Notes under the pieces: model-generated
Databases searched by the model: none
What the model was told of the DNA's origin: nothing
The model's input: the letters and a program-made list of their open reading frames with translations, nothing else
Shown here: positions 30,575 through 47,293 of the stretch, piece by piece
Numbering within the stretch: position 1 is the stretch's first letter
Layout of the letters: every line of letters begins with the position of its first letter
Program-made: the position numbers and the translations under genes
NCBI RefSeq assembly: GCF_009914755.1
Contig: NC_060929.1
Source: the human T2T-CHM13v2.0 reference genome, Homo sapiens
Reading direction: 5' to 3' (one strand)
DNA length: 64,000 bases

Positions 30575-30785
30575 ATTATTAATGATAATATCAAGATCTA
30601 CGAGGATCTTGAGTACCATGAAGTAGACTCAGACCTTATATGGTTTTTTTCTTTGAAACAACCCAATATAATAGTTACTATTATTATTCCTATTTTTATA
30701 GATGAGGAAAACTGAGGGTGAAGGTGGTGAAATAGCCTGCTCAGTGTGACACATCCAGTAAATAGTAGAGTGAGAATCCAAACTC
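30575..30785 (-). mobile_element. MIR
   Basis: cctatttttatagatgaggaaactgagggtgaaggtggtgaaatagcctgctcag. Confidence 0.75.
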
Positions 30786-30800
30786 AAGATCCACTGAAGC

Positions 30801-31182
<382 letters not shown>

Positions 31183-31991
31183 TCAGGCTTAGCCAGTGTT
31201 CCTGGAAGCCCAGCAAGCTGGCTCCCCTGTACAGATTAGCGCCCCGAAGCACTGAGGCTAGGGAAGGCAGCAAAGCCAGAAAAGACTCAGGGATCTTGCC
31301 TAAGAGGGAGCAAGGAAGGGCTTGACTTTCCAATCAGGAAAGGGAAAGAGCCAGGGAGTGGACATGAGGCGACCCTGCTAACATTCACCATACCTGCCTC
31401 CTATTGGGTAAGGGTTAGGCAGATTGACCTTCAGCTTGGATGGGCCATGGTTGGTCTACAGCTAAGTCGATCAGAGAAGGCCCATCTCCCTTGCCTCTGT
31501 GATTGGATGAGAGATGGGCAGCTCTAAGACAGTTCAGGCCAATGAGATGCAGGGAGACGTTGGGTAGGGGCTTTTAGGAAAGTCAGTCTGCTTTTGATGA
31601 GGAGGTTCAGGAAGGCATTATTTGTCTCAATCTATCCCCTCTCCCCAACAGTGAACAAGAAAGCAGATATCCTTGCTGACTGTTGGCAGCCGTTGTGGGA
31701 CCACAAAGGCACCAGCCTCAGGAGATGGGAAGACTGAGTTGCCAGGGACGTTGCTGAGCCATTAGAGCCATCCTTACCCACAAGCCCACCCCACCTTGGG
31801 ACTTCCTCTTGGGCAAGTCTGTGAATCTCCATGTTGTTGAATCCGTTTTGAATTGGCTTTTCTTTTTCTTGAAGCTCAAGGCATTTTAATTGGCATAACC
31901 TAGCCTATAAAAGGAAGATTAATTTCCTTGACCGCAAGAAAGTGGAATTCGAATTAGAGGGAATGAGATATTGAGATATCTCCCTCCATAG

Positions 31992-32381
<390 letters not shown>

Positions 32382-35300
32382 TGCAAGGGGATTTCTAAGG
32401 AGAAGGGGAGACGTGGCCACTGGCAACCACACCACCATCAAGGTGGGGCCTCATGATCCACCTACGAGCAGGAGCAGGGCTCTGAGGCAGGGCACTGAGG
32501 CTGAATAACACCTCTGTGTTGCAGGACAATTTATCAAAGGAAAATGAGGGCATCCATTCAGTTTTCCTTGTCCCACCTTCAAAAAAGACCAGGATTGTTG
32601 AAATTATTCCTCTAAAATCTACATTTTAAGAAGGAAGGTCAAGCTGGTGCTAATGTAATGTGTGCTATAGCTAACATATTATAGCTAACATACCTGCTTT
32701 AGGTCAAGCTGGTGGTAGAGTTACATTCTATTTTTTACTTATGGTATGCTTTATAGGAAAATGGGACCCTTTGTATGATTAATATTGGTGAGACAATGTC
32801 CATTTTGTCAGAGACATAAGGTAAATTCTTATCACAGTACACTGTTATCAAGGTTAGAGGTTGTGATATCTTTGCTTTCTTGATTTATTAAGAATTGTAT
32901 TTATGATTTAATTATTGCCAAGTCGATGGTCAGGAATGCTTCCTAACTTTGCCATGGCGATATGGTTCTAGGGGAGAGGGAAGCCGATTCATGTTATTTG
33001 TTCTGCTAATTTATAAACACACTGTCTGTTCTAGTTTCCTCTCACAAACCCTTTTGGATCTGACATCCATGAATTTATTTAAGCATTTAAAAATCATGAC
33101 ATGTTTCCACCATGAGCCATCTACTTGCTATGAGAAGGCATGCTTTCTTTTATTTATCCTAAACGTGTATTTTCTGAGCTTCCAGCAAATTCTGCACCAT
33201 CCCCTTAGACTAGTCTGGAGTAGGACATGCACAGTTCTTGACCACCACTAGCTGTGGCCATCCTTGGCTAATGCCACCTTTGTTTTGTGTAAATGGCTTA
33301 TTTACTCTTCTCTGTTGGATATCAAAGCAACTTAACAGTGTAAGTAGCTTTTGCTAAATGAAGACATGAGTAAGCAGAGACTGTGGAATATACTGGTGCT
33401 ACTTCAGTGGGATTTTACATGGTGAAACAAAGGGAGAAGTTGGTTCAGAAGTTTAGCCCTTGCTGCCTTGCCCAGTATGTGATTTTGTGCAAGAAGATGA
33501 GCAAAACAAAGACATGTTGCAGGCCGTGTTTTCTGGACGGTTGTTGAGTCAAGAAGGATTCAGGTGAGATACTGGGGCTCCTTATTTGAGCCAGCAGAAG
33601 CAGCTTTTTAGTTCCCAAATCAAATGGCTGGTACATAAATGTAAGGCTCTTATGCTTATTTTGTGACCTGAAAGATGGGGAGCAGGGAAGGAAGAACTAG
33701 GCGTGGTCTCAGATGTTTGGGATAATTGGCATCATTTTCCTCCATTATCCATGCTTCATCTAGAATGAGTTAATTGAGCCTGAAGCCTTCCAAATCTCCT
33801 GTTAATTACCCTGAAGCAGGCATGTTTGTCCCTTTCTTGGTCTAAAGCTGCAGGCAGATATCCGAGGTCTTTTATCCTTGCCTAGCACCAAAGAGTGACC
33901 ACAAAATCTGCCTCAGGTTTCCGAAGGAGCCAGGTTCCACACTTGGCCCACCAGCCCCACTGCTCTGTGTGCGCCCAGCTCTCCACTTAACCACCTGATC
34001 CTGTTGTGTGACTTAGAAGAACGTGACTTTTACAACTTGAAAGCTTATTCCTGGACAGGAGTACTTGGTAGTGGAGAATCAGAGGAACTAAGGACTTCAG
34101 CATCACACCCAGTTTAAGCCTTTGCGCTTCAGCCAAGAAGACAGCAACGCTTGTCACGCTTGTCTCTCTGGCTTTTGGATAATATACATAACTGGTCCTT
34201 ATGGAGGGCTGACTTTGGCCATGTGTGTACTCTTTTTAATGATCCCAACTGCCTGACAATGTCTATACACTGCATGAAGGACCTCATGCTCTAGGGAGGC
34301 AGGATCCTTGCCTGGAGTTACACTTGGGGTGGCAGAAGTGGGACTCATACTCAACCCTGACATACCATAGCACTGCTTGTTGATTTGCAGACATATAATT
34401 GAATGTGCTGTTAAAGAATGGTGAAAGTAGGAATGTGTTTGCTCTAAATTTCCCTGTGAACTTCCTTGTCTGCACCAGCTGGCTTGGTTTGATCCTTTCC
34501 CCAGACTCTGATGCTTCTGTAAAGACAGAGCACATGCACATGCTCATGTCCTCTGGCCCAGGTAAGGCTTATCCACAGAGAAGGGAGCATTGTGCCCCCA
34601 GTGCCCGGGAGGTGGTATATTCCACAAAGAGGTGAGTGGAGTGGGGGCCTTGTTGTCATTGAATCTCATGTAGTGGAGGGCCTTGGGGAGGTGACACAGG
34701 AAAATGTGCTACTCTGTATTGTCTTGGGAAGGGTTGAATTTGATTCTGTTGTTTCTGAGGATGTGAGAATAAATCTTGATGGCTTTCCTCTTTCTGCCTC
34801 TAAGCATCCTTGTGTGTATTGCTGGTTTTACCTGATCATTTTCACCATCTTCCCCATGGTTTTAGTGGTCATTTTTCATTTCTTCTCTTGTAAATAATCA
34901 GTTCATGTTTTCTAGCACCAATTCTAAGCCTAGATTAGTAATAAGAAAAGTTCCCTCTTTTTAAAAGAAGATGTCTACTTTCTCTGCCCTCCTTATTGCC
35001 CAGAAAACAGGCATTGTGGAGACGTGGCCTTGATTGTCCTTCTTCTTGTCTCTTCCACCAATGTGGCTGACCTTTTTCTCCTCACTCTCCATTAATTAGC
35101 AGCAGTTTCCCTGTTCCTTGGCTCACAGTGGTACACCTGGGAGCCTTAGCACTCACTGAAAACCCCTTACTGCCTAACAAGAATTGACCCATGGTTGAAA
35201 ACCCATCTCAAGTGCTGCTGCCTCTATGAAGCCCACCCTGAATTACGTTCAACTGGACATACTTCCTTATTTAAACCCTTTGGCACTGATATTCTATCTT

Positions 35301-36949
35301 TAATCATTATTATTATTTTAGAACATGTCACCTTCCCATGTTTTCCAAGTCATAAAAGTAGTACATGTCCATCACAGACAAATGGGGAGTGCAGAAAAGC
35401 ACAAAGAATAAAACAGGTAAGACCCAGGTAACAGCAGGCGCCAGCATTTGGGGAGGATTATGTGCAGGTGCTCTTCCAGATCTTTACCTGTGTTAATCCA
35501 GCTCATTTTCACAGCCACTCCTCGAGGGCGGTATTGTTTCAATCCCCATTTTCCGTATAACGAAATGAAGCTCCAGGAGGTAATGGTGATGGATCTCAGA
35601 TGGTAGGTGGGGTCCTGTGCGACCTGGAGATCTGATTAAACATGGTTGTCCTAGTTCCATGGCTGTGTGAGTTGGAGATCTCTCTGAGCCCCTGGGGTTT
35701 CTCTCTGTTCCTCCCTGGCCCCTGCATGCAGCCTGGGGTCTTAAGTGGGCATCTACTCCTCCTTGGTGGATGCTGTCGGGAGACTGTAACTTTCCGAAGC
35801 TGCCTCTGTTTTATTTTAGAAGTCAGGTTTTAACTGTGGGCATAAAAAGAGCAAGAAGTAATAACTGCAGCCAGCATTTATGGAGTGCTTTACACGTGCC
35901 AAACCCTGCTCTGAGGGTTGTGTGTGTGTGAACTCACTCTTCACACCATAGCCACTTTGAGGACCTGGACTGAGTTTACATAGTTAGAATGTAATGAGAG
36001 GGGCTGGTTTTAGAACCTGGTTTTAACTGCCTGCTCTCTTGCCTGCATCTACATCCAGTGATGAGACAACCAAAACAGGCCTCTGTGGATCACAAGTGGG
36101 GACTTGAGGGGAAATGGCACAGCTTCTTCTGCAACATTAGGATTAGAACAAGAATCAGGGAAGAGCCTCCCAGGCCTCTCCCGACTCCAGACTGTGGGAA
36201 GGCCTCCCATCTGGGAGGGCCGAGCATGGGACAGGGAGACCTGATGGGGTGTCTGGGCAGAGAGGAGAAGGTCAGCTTCAAGAGACCTGGAGCTGAGCCC
36301 ATGCCCCCAGGGCTGTGCTGACATCTAGGGATGTCCCACGGCCAGGGCACCCTTGAAAGCTCCTTGTTGTGGTCACTTCAGCATATGGCCTAATGGTCAC
36401 TTGTGGATCACCAACAGAATGGCACCCATTAGAATGGCATTGGAGACTTTGCCAAGTCCCATTCAGCTGGTGGACACACCCTATTCTCTCAAAGACCACC
36501 TGGAGATAGGGAGTGGGGGTCTTGACATCCAGAGGGATGGTGGCTGTGCACCCCAGCACCCACTTGGGTGGGAATAGACAGGGTGAAAACATTCCTGTTA
36601 GTCAAATGATTCCTTTGACTATCATCTGCTGATAGTCGAAGGTCAAGTTCTATGTCACCACCTTTACATGGGAGATCAGAGAAAGGGGTGGTCACATGGA
36701 TGAAGGCTGGGAAGGCTTCTTGGAGGACAAAATATATGCCCTGGCTGTAGAAGGACAGAAATGAATTCAGCGGGAGGAGGAGGAAGGCAGGAGCACACAT
36801 CAGGCTGAGGAGAAGGGGTGAGAGATGGAGTGGCTCAGGCCCAGGCCCAGGGATGTGGACTGAAAGGACCCTCCAGAAGGTGGGCTGGGGATGGCACCAA
36901 GATCCTGCACCTCTAATGCCTGGGATGGGGATGTGATGAAGGTCAGGCG

Positions 36950-37195
36950 AAGTGTGAGTGTGGGAGTCAGACAGCCTGGGCTTGAATCCTAGTTCTGGCA
37001 CCTACTAGCTGTGCAATTTCTGTCTTGTGACATGCAGTCACCTGATCCCAGCCTCTGTTTCTTCATCTGAAACCATGACACCTATGTAAGGAAGCCACAT
37101 TCAGGACTGAGATAGGAATTAGATAGTAAACATACAGTACCGAGCACAGTGCCTGCGGTGTATGTCATACTTGCTTAATAAATGGTATTCATTAC
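36950..37195 (+). mobile_element. MIR
   Basis: ggagtcagacagcctgggcttgaatcctagttctggcacctactagctgtg...gcacagtgcctg...taataaatgg. Confidence 0.8.
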
Positions 37196-38840
37196 TCGTG
37201 TTCAACTGGGAAATCCATTCTGTGGGTCATGGAAATCTCCACCCACTGCTACTTTGTTTCTGTGTCTTTGTGGAATGTCTCCAAGTAGCAATGAAATCAC
37301 ATTCTAGACTGGGCAACTAAAAGAAATTGGGAAAATCCTAGTGGATGTCCAGTTAGAGGAAAATTATGCAGTTTGCATAAATGAAACATTGGGATGCAAT
37401 TTCACTGTTTTATTTGGTTTTGGTTTGGCTTTCATGGGAAGCTATACGCCTCTGGGTGATTTTTCCCAGCAATCATGGGAGATATATATCCGGTTTCTTC
37501 ATACACAGCGACAATGTTTCCCTCTTCCATCCACAGAGACAGCAGGGTTCAGGCTTCGAGTTGTGGTGCAATTGGCCCACATCCACCCCACCCTCTCTTC
37601 ACGCAGCAGATGACTGGGACATAAAGAAGCTGATGGGGCCACTGCCACCGAATTTCCACCTGCAGCCCTTCTCGGGGGCCACCACCATGCTCCTCAACAG
37701 CTGTCACTGACAGGACAGAGCTTGAGGATCTTGAGGAGCTACTGACCCTGCAGAACCGCTCTGAGACCAGGGGGAGCTTTTCCAGGTGAAACGATTCATG
37801 GCTAGGCTGATTTAACTAATGGGTTTTTCATCAGAGTAATACATATTCAGATATGTCCCATGCTCAGTGATGGCATCAAGCAATGTCAGGATTAGATGGG
37901 AAATTAGAGGCAATTTGCTCCAAGTGTCTACTTGTGTACCCTCCACAGACGTATCCATGCAATGGTCTTCTGTCTTCTAGGAAGCTCCCAAGTTCATTTT
38001 TTATTCAAAGCGAACCAGGAGAGTTCTGTCTACACTCATTTCTATGCATAGAACTTGACGCTTTAAAAAGACAATGCTGAATTCTAGTTTCCCTGCCCCT
38101 ACACCAGCCCAATCCTCTGTTCTTATTCCCATCTGACGGTGTCACCCAGGGCACTAACCCAGTAGTACCAGGCACCGAATAGGCATCCAGTAGGTGTTGA
38201 ATGTCGTATGTAGCGGACAAGGGCCACTTTGGAAAGTCATGTTTCATCGCTTCACTCCTCCCTGTGAGTCTGGGTGCTCTGAAGCCCCTCTCTCGATCCC
38301 CCCATGAGACACACAGAATTTAGACCCTGTCATCAATGTTAAAGGTCAGCTAACATGGTTTCCAAACCAAGCATGTGTCACCATGTATCACTTGGGCTTG
38401 AACCCAGGTTGGCTGAATTATCCATGCATCTAGGCAACCACCTATACATCCATTCATGCAGCTCATGGAAATGTTTGGAGTGCAAGCACAGTTCCAGGTG
38501 TTGTGGCAGATACAAAGAATATGATAGAGGGCCTGGTCCTGGTGGATCCAGGATGTTGTGGGGGAGACTGTTCTAATGAGCCATCTCTGTGTTGAGTTAT
38601 GTGATAAGAGCTGTGATAGAGATTCTGCAAAGAATCCGGGCCTGGGCATTCAGGCCTGGGATCTGCACAAGTGGGTCCTCGTGCTGCCCTTATTTAAGGC
38701 TCAAAAGGTACCACTCTCCCAGACATCAATACCACTTCACTGTCAAATTTCCCTTCCCACAATCCTGTCCTGTGGTGGTGTGCTGGAGAGGGAGCATTAC
38801 CTCCAGTGTCCCTTAACCATACCTAAGAATATAACTACAC

Positions 38841-39076
<236 letters not shown>

Positions 39077-39233
39077 GATATATATATATATACATATATA
39101 CGTATATATGTATATATATGTGTGTATATATATGTATATATACACACATATATATACATATATACGTATATACATAAATATATATAAAGATATTTATATA
39201 TATAAAGATATATATATACACACACACACACAC
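39077..39233. repeat. Compound (TA)n/(TATG)/(CA)n microsatellite at the Alu tail
   Basis: Directly visible. Confidence 0.92.
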
Positions 39234-39927
39234 CCAACTAAAGGTGTTTATTTCTAAATAGATGAAGAAATATGTAACATCCATTTATAAATTAAGAAAT
39301 AAATAAAATATATAACATATTTATTTATATCTATATGACTTTGTAGAACACTTTGTCAGCCTAACATGGTTTCTCCAGGCGGGCAAGAAATAAACATATA
39401 TGTATGTGTATAAATGTGTATATTGACATTAATGTATGTGTTAGACATATTTAAAATAAAGATATGCATAATTTACCTGATTACAAATACATATATAAAT
39501 AAGTCTATGTGTATTTGGGTTCAAATCCCAGCTGTGCAAATCATTAGCTCTGTAACATAGGCATGTTCTGTCACCTCTCAGAGTCCAGCTTCCTTATCTA
39601 TAAGATGAGGTTGATGTGGCCTGTGTCTCAGGGATGCGACAAGGAAATGGAGTCATGCATATTAAGAACTGAATAACAGGTAATCGGGAAGTGAGAGATA
39701 TTATGTATTATTGCAGAAGGATTGTTGCCTGCAGACCCTGCTGTGTTTCTTCACACCAAATGATGGGCAAGTTTTTTCCCGCCAATCCACCTGATAGCAC
39801 AGAGCTGTGTTGTGGAGGGCTTTAAAACAGTCCTTCTTGTGTTCAAGGACCCTCTGGGAGGGTCAGAGGTCTGTGCATGTCCTTTGTCAAAGAATTCTCT
39901 TTCCTTGTACATGCAGATGAGAAGTCA

Positions 39928-40285
<358 letters not shown>

Positions 40286-41229
40286 TTAAACACAACTCAG
40301 GCGGCAACTCCTATAAACAAAAATCAGCATAATAAACATGGTGGCCCAGTGGTCTTTGGGCCTGTCAACTGGAAGTTAAGCCAACTCTGTTTGACTTCAT
40401 TTCTGAAGGCAAATATAGCTCCAGCATTAGCCAAACTGGGCAGTGAGGAATTTTTCATGTTCCCAACACTTTCAACAATGCCCTATTATGCATGGTGACT
40501 CATGAATGGGCTCACATCCACGGAACAGCATGTGTCTCTCTGCAGTGAGCACAGTGCTTTGCTGTATGTTTGAACTAATTTCATAGTCTGGTCTCCACCA
40601 CAGATGTTACTTGCCTTCTTTTCTGACGGTTGCTGTAAGCTTGTTGTATCAGAGAAAGCCAGAAAAGGAAAGAGCTATGATTCTTTGCACTGGGCAATTG
40701 AGCGTTTTGGAGACAGTGCTCTGGAGAGAAACTTAGGTTCAAGTTGAATTAAAAGTGAAGTCTTGGGTGTCTTTGTCAAAAGGCATTTACCTTAGTTGGC
40801 GGGTCAAAGAAAACTCTCAGGTCATGCATAATGGTTGTGGCTGCTGATGCCATCAGCTCTCTTTCTCTTGACATTCAGGGGAAAAGACAGCAGACTGTTT
40901 AAACAGCTCCTTGGATGTGGCAGGGTCAAGGCGGCACGGGAAATTGTGTGCAGAGGCAGCTGATTTGCCTCGTAGGTTATTATAAGAATGAAATTGGGCA
41001 ATTTTATAGAGAATGAGAACCCCAGGAACACATACTTGGTTTCTAACATTCCAAAAGGAGGGAAGAATTACTGGCATCTAATCTGTCCCAAGGACACCCT
41101 GCCCTGTTGTTTTTTCCTCCTGCCTGGTACACATGCCTTGGCTGTGCTGAGCTTCAGCAATTTTTGAAGCTGTCATGGAGCAGGGTGGGCTCAGAGCCAG
41201 CCTTGCTTGTGCCACCTCAGACCTCTGCA

Positions 41230-41615
41230 TCATTGCAGACCCTGGAACACCCACACCTCTTGGCTCCCTGGTGAACTCCTAGCCTACCATCAACAGCCAT
41301 CAGAGACTGCAGTTTTTCCAGCAGGCCTCCTTGACTCCCCACTCCTTTGGTAGCTGCCTCTGGTCCCGGCACAGATTTCTGTTAGTGCTCTTACCACCTT
41401 GTGTTCTAATGTAAGAATAAGAATTTAAACTCCTCGGCAAGGTCTTTGCTTACTGCTCTGCCTCTTCAACTAGATGGTGGATTTCTGAGAGCAGTGACCT
41501 GGGCTGTCTTGCTCACTGTGTATTCTCAGCACCCAGGACATTTCCTGGCAGGCAGAAGGCACTTAGTAAACATTTGCTGAACGATCGAGTGAATAAATGA
41601 ATAAATGAATGAATG
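41230..41615 (+). mobile_element. L2 3' end
   Basis: gtcttgctcactgtgtattctcagcacccaggac...cttagtaaacatttgctgaa followed by a (TGAA)n tail. Confidence 0.75.
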
Positions 41616-42089
41616 ACATCCACAGGCATTTTTGTGTGTGTATGATGAGACATATGAGGTTTCCAGGACACCAGAAACTCCTACAGTCATCCATTCTAGT
41701 ATGTCACGACGTTGTCACTGGAAGGCCCTTTTAAAAATCACTTCTGTTACCTGTTATCATTCACCAATGCCTGTGCATGAATGAGGTTACAGGATTACAA
41801 GGTACCTGCGTAGATAGACCAGGTCTGCTTCTGTTTTGGGGTAAAAGTAGGGAAGTGTGCATGTGTGCGAGGCAATGGGTGAGTGAGAAAGATCTGAAGC
41901 TATGGGGTGTTTTTCAAAAGGAACCCTGAAGTCAGAGTGCCCTTGAAAGAGGAGGAGACTGGGAAAGGGAAGGCAAGAGGTCAAGGTTTTCTATTAGTCT
42001 TGAGCCCAAGCTTGGGGGGGACCTTAGACCTGCAGGGTCCCAGGTGAGTTCCTAGCCCTTGTTTCTGGCTTCTTAGACAAGAGAGTAAT

Positions 42090-42420
42090 TCATTAACCCA
42101 TCTTCCATTCATTTACGTGTTCATTCATTGGACTAAATCTCACTGACCATGTACAATGCACCAGAACACAGCAAAAAGCAAAACAAACACATTTCCTACC
42201 CTCATGGAACTTATATTCTTGTTAGGGAGAAATAGCCACAAAACAAATAAATCTACTACTATTCCAGATCATCATAAATGCCCTGAAGAAGAACGGAGCA
42301 GGACAAGGCAGTGGAGAGCCACAGGGGTTCTGTTTTTGATAGTGCGGGTTGACCAGAGAGGCTGGGGGTAGATACCTTGAGAAGGGGACAGCAGGCAGAA
42401 AATAAAGGAAGGGACCCTGA
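42090..42420 (-). mobile_element. L2 3' end
   Basis: cattcattt...ttcctaccctcatggaacttatattcttgttaggg. Confidence 0.6.
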
Positions 42421-43054
42421 TAGCTGAGCTGCTCATTGGTGGGAGACAAAGGCGTGGGATTCAAGCCCAGCTCCATTGCTTTGGGCAAGCATATAGAATT
42501 GGGTCAAAGATGTTCTCTTTGAGAGTAATTCCTTTATTTGAGCTGAACAGGGGACTTTGACAGATAGGTGTACATTTTTGACTTGGAGTTCATTGCACCA
42601 CTTCACCCCACTGAGCCCCACTTTACTCCTTTGTCAACTGGGAAGGCAATGAGGCCTCCTTCATAGGCTGTCTTGAAGGTTACATGAGATCCCATGTGTG
42701 ACAATGGCCCTCGGTGATTTATGGAGAACCATGCTAAGGAGAGCTATTTACAGGTTCACCGCTTGTCAACCTGCAAAGGTATTAAAGTTCCACAAGCAGT
42801 CAGTGATTGTTGGCCAATGACTGCTGGGCCTGCTGAATCTTGGGTGCTGGTGGGGACCTTCCTTCATGCCTCTGCCACAGGACTCCCATTAGTCTAAACT
42901 TAGATTCCTACAGTCTAGAGGTTAAACGTGGTTAGTGCAGGGCTTGCTGAGTTTCAGCTGGTATATAAGAGCATCATAAAAATCCCTGGCATTTGTTCTG
43001 ATTGGTTGGTGCCTGTGTAGTACCCGAGGTTAAAATTTCTTGACTCTCAGCCCT

Positions 43055-43290
43055 GTTAGGAGTATGGACTCTGGAGTCATAGGGCTGGAATGCAAATCTC
43101 AGCTCTATCGTTTACCAGCTGTGCAACTTGGGCAAGTTACTCTCTATTACTCTGTTTCCACATCGGTAAGTGGAAGTCATTGTTATGACTTACTATCTCT
43201 TAGGGCTGCTGGGAGAACTAATGAGTTAGGCAGTGGCACTGGAAGCAGTGCCTAGCGCACATGCCCATGTAAGTGTTTGCTATTCTTATT
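43055..43290 (+). mobile_element. MIR
   Basis: ggactctggagtca...cagctgtgcaacttgggcaagttact...cagtgcctagcgcac. Confidence 0.82.
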
Positions 43291-44129
43291 ACTTTTGTTC
43301 CTCCCCCACTTCCACCGTGACTTCCTGTGGAGAAGAGGCCTGTTCTAGTCATCTCCTGGTTTCCAGTAGCTACATCAGGTTTGGCACAGGGCAGTCCCTC
43401 GGTAAGTGTGGGATGGATGGCTGAATAAATGGATGGCTGGAGCAGATTTTATTTCTCCTAAGCTTTAGAGTGGCGAAGAGAACTGTAGGGAACGCTGATG
43501 GCACAGCTTGGAAAAGGTGTGCAGTGCGGGGCAAGCTTCCCACCAAATCCCTCTCCTCCTGCAGGAACGCAGAATCTTCTTGGGGAAATTCTGTGTCTCT
43601 TCAGAGACATTTGGCTAAGTTCAGTCAATGCACCAGCAGTGAAAAAGCTGGTGTCTGGTAGTGCACACCCTCAATTTGGAAATATGATTTTAGAAATGTG
43701 AAATTGTGAACAAAGGAGGGGCATCTTAGAGCTGAGAAAGTGCACTGTTTACGGAGTGCTCACAACGCACCAGGCACCTCGGACACTTTCCTGATAGCCT
43801 TCACTTCACTCCTCAGTTTGCAGGGAAGAGACTGAGGAATGTTTTGGTTCACTGTCTTGCATAAGCCACACAGCTAATAAGGGCTCCTCCTGAGATTTGC
43901 ACCTGGGTCTCTCAGGCTTTGGAACCCTACCCTTTTCACTGATTTTCACTGAGAATGTGTAGCTGCCTGTGACTGGGAGAGGGGTTCTCACAGGTTCATA
44001 GCTATCTGTATGCACAGGGTACAGTCTAATCTAAATATGAATAAGTTCACAATTGCTGCATTCTTGAATCATTTGACAGCTAAATGATTGACTCATTCAG
44101 GGGAAATTTCATTGCTAAAAAGTAGTATC

Positions 44130-44660
44130 AGTGGTATATACCCAAAAGAATTGAAAGTAAAGTCTCGGAGATAGATTTGCACACTCATGTTCATGGCAGC
44201 GTTATTCACAATGGCAAAGGGAGGAATCCACCAACTGTCCACCAACAGATGAATGGATAAACAAGACGTAGTGTATACATGCAGTGGAATATTATTCAGC
44301 TGCGAAAAAGAAGGAAATTCTGACCTATGCTATGAAATAGATGAAACTTGAGAGGATATTGTGCTAAGTGAAGTAAGCCAGACACAAAAAGACAAATACT
44401 GCATGATGCCACTTACATGATGTGCCTGGAATAGTCAAATTCAGACAGAAAATAGAATGGTGGTTGCCTGGGGCTGGGGGCAGTAAGGAATGGAAGTTAT
44501 TTAATGGGTACAGAGTTTCAGTTTTGCAAGATGAAAAGAGTTCTGTGGGTGGATGGGGCTAATAATAGCACAACAATGTGCTCAGTGCCACTGCACTTAA
44601 CACTTACAAATGGTTAAGATGGTAAATTTTATGTTATGTGTGTTTTACCACACACACAAC
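44130..44660 (+). mobile_element. L1MB-type 3' end
   Basis: tatatacccaaaagaattgaaag...gatgaatggataaacaa...gggtacagagtttcagttttgcaagatgaaaagagttctg. Confidence 0.9.
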
Positions 44661-44922
44661 TGAATAAATTCCAGCTGTGTGGGAGAAGTTTGATATCTTA
44701 TGATGGGAAGGATTTGAACTTGGCTTTAAGGAACTTAGGCTTTTCCAAACTTTACCAGTTAATTGGCGGTGAGTGCGAGTCAGCTGTGGTTCTACTGGGT
44801 ACCCTAAGTACGGTCAGTACTTCAGCAACTCGTGGGTTCTGGGACAACTTGAGTTGATAATCTCCCTCCCTGCCTTCCTTCATGTTTATCAAATGCCTAC
44901 TGTGTACCATTCACCCTGCTAG

Positions 44923-45374
<452 letters not shown>

Positions 45375-46419
45375 CATTTTTATTATTTCTATTGGTATAT
45401 ACACACTCTCTGTTTTGCTTGATATTGGTTCATGTCCCATTTATTTTCTGTGATGATTTATTTCAGTAGAATGAAAGGATTGCTTCTGCTTTAACCTCTG
45501 ATGCTTTATCAAGGCCGAGCTGAGGGCTGCACTATCGGGAGCTTGGTAAGCTTGGGTGGCTGGCCCTGGCGTGGGGAGCGGGGTTGCTGAGAAGTGCAAG
45601 TGGGAAGGGCCCCAGAGAGTCACTGTGCCCACAGTCAACTGAGTGTTTTCACATTTTTCCCAGTCTGGCATCGTGGGAATTTGCCTGGCCTGCTTTATGG
45701 AGAGTCTGACTTGGATTCTGAGGGCTTGGAAAGATAGTCGAAAGATTATTCCCTTCCCTGAAATAGCCATGCATTTGTTTAAAGACTTGACACCGTTCTG
45801 ATGCTGGAATTTCCCTCTGTGTTTATTTTCACATCTGGGTGATGGTCTTCTGCCATAGGAGGACTTTTAATGAATCACTTCGGAGATTGCTTTGAATGTT
45901 TCCCAGACAGGAGGGGGCTGGTGCTTGTCTTTTTTCTGAAGCCTTACAGGGCAGGACTGACTTGGCTTCTCGGCTGGCCGCCTGGCGCTGTCCCTGGGGG
46001 AAAGCAGACATTTCTCATCTTTCTGGGAAACCTGTGCCTGCGGAGTTTCTCATCTCAGGGCCCTCTTTCTACGTCAGCAGGGGAAAAAAGGTGGAATGGA
46101 CTAGAAATACAAGAGATAGACTGGGTTTAACTGGTTCAAGATGTACTCGGTGGCGTTGCCTGGGGTAGCCACTGGTAGACACTTCCCTTCTGCTTCCATA
46201 GGCTCCCACCTGCCGTGTCCAGAACTCCAGGAGACAAAAACGGCTGGGGTCACCTTCCAAAGTGCAACTTGGGAAGTTATTGGCTACCAGGGGTCGTTTG
46301 ATGGATGTTTGTCTCCAGGGCTTGCAGGACAGGCCGGGGTCTCTATGTCCCCGGAGGTCAATGTCCCTGCTCGCTCTCAGCCTGACAGGTCTTTTGCGGT
46401 CACCTCCCTGCTCTGTGTC

Positions 46420-47293
<874 letters not shown>

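Noticed and set aside
32636-32714. Short direct repeats aggtcaagctggtg x2 and tatagctaacata x2
   Set aside because: Small local slippage duplications with no further structure.
36350-36605. Segment that resembles an ancient interspersed repeat
   Set aside because: I could not assign a family or boundaries; it needs a Dfam search.
37575-37791. Possible exon 37607-37785
   Set aside because: The donor (GTGAAA) is weak and all frames have stops; too little evidence.
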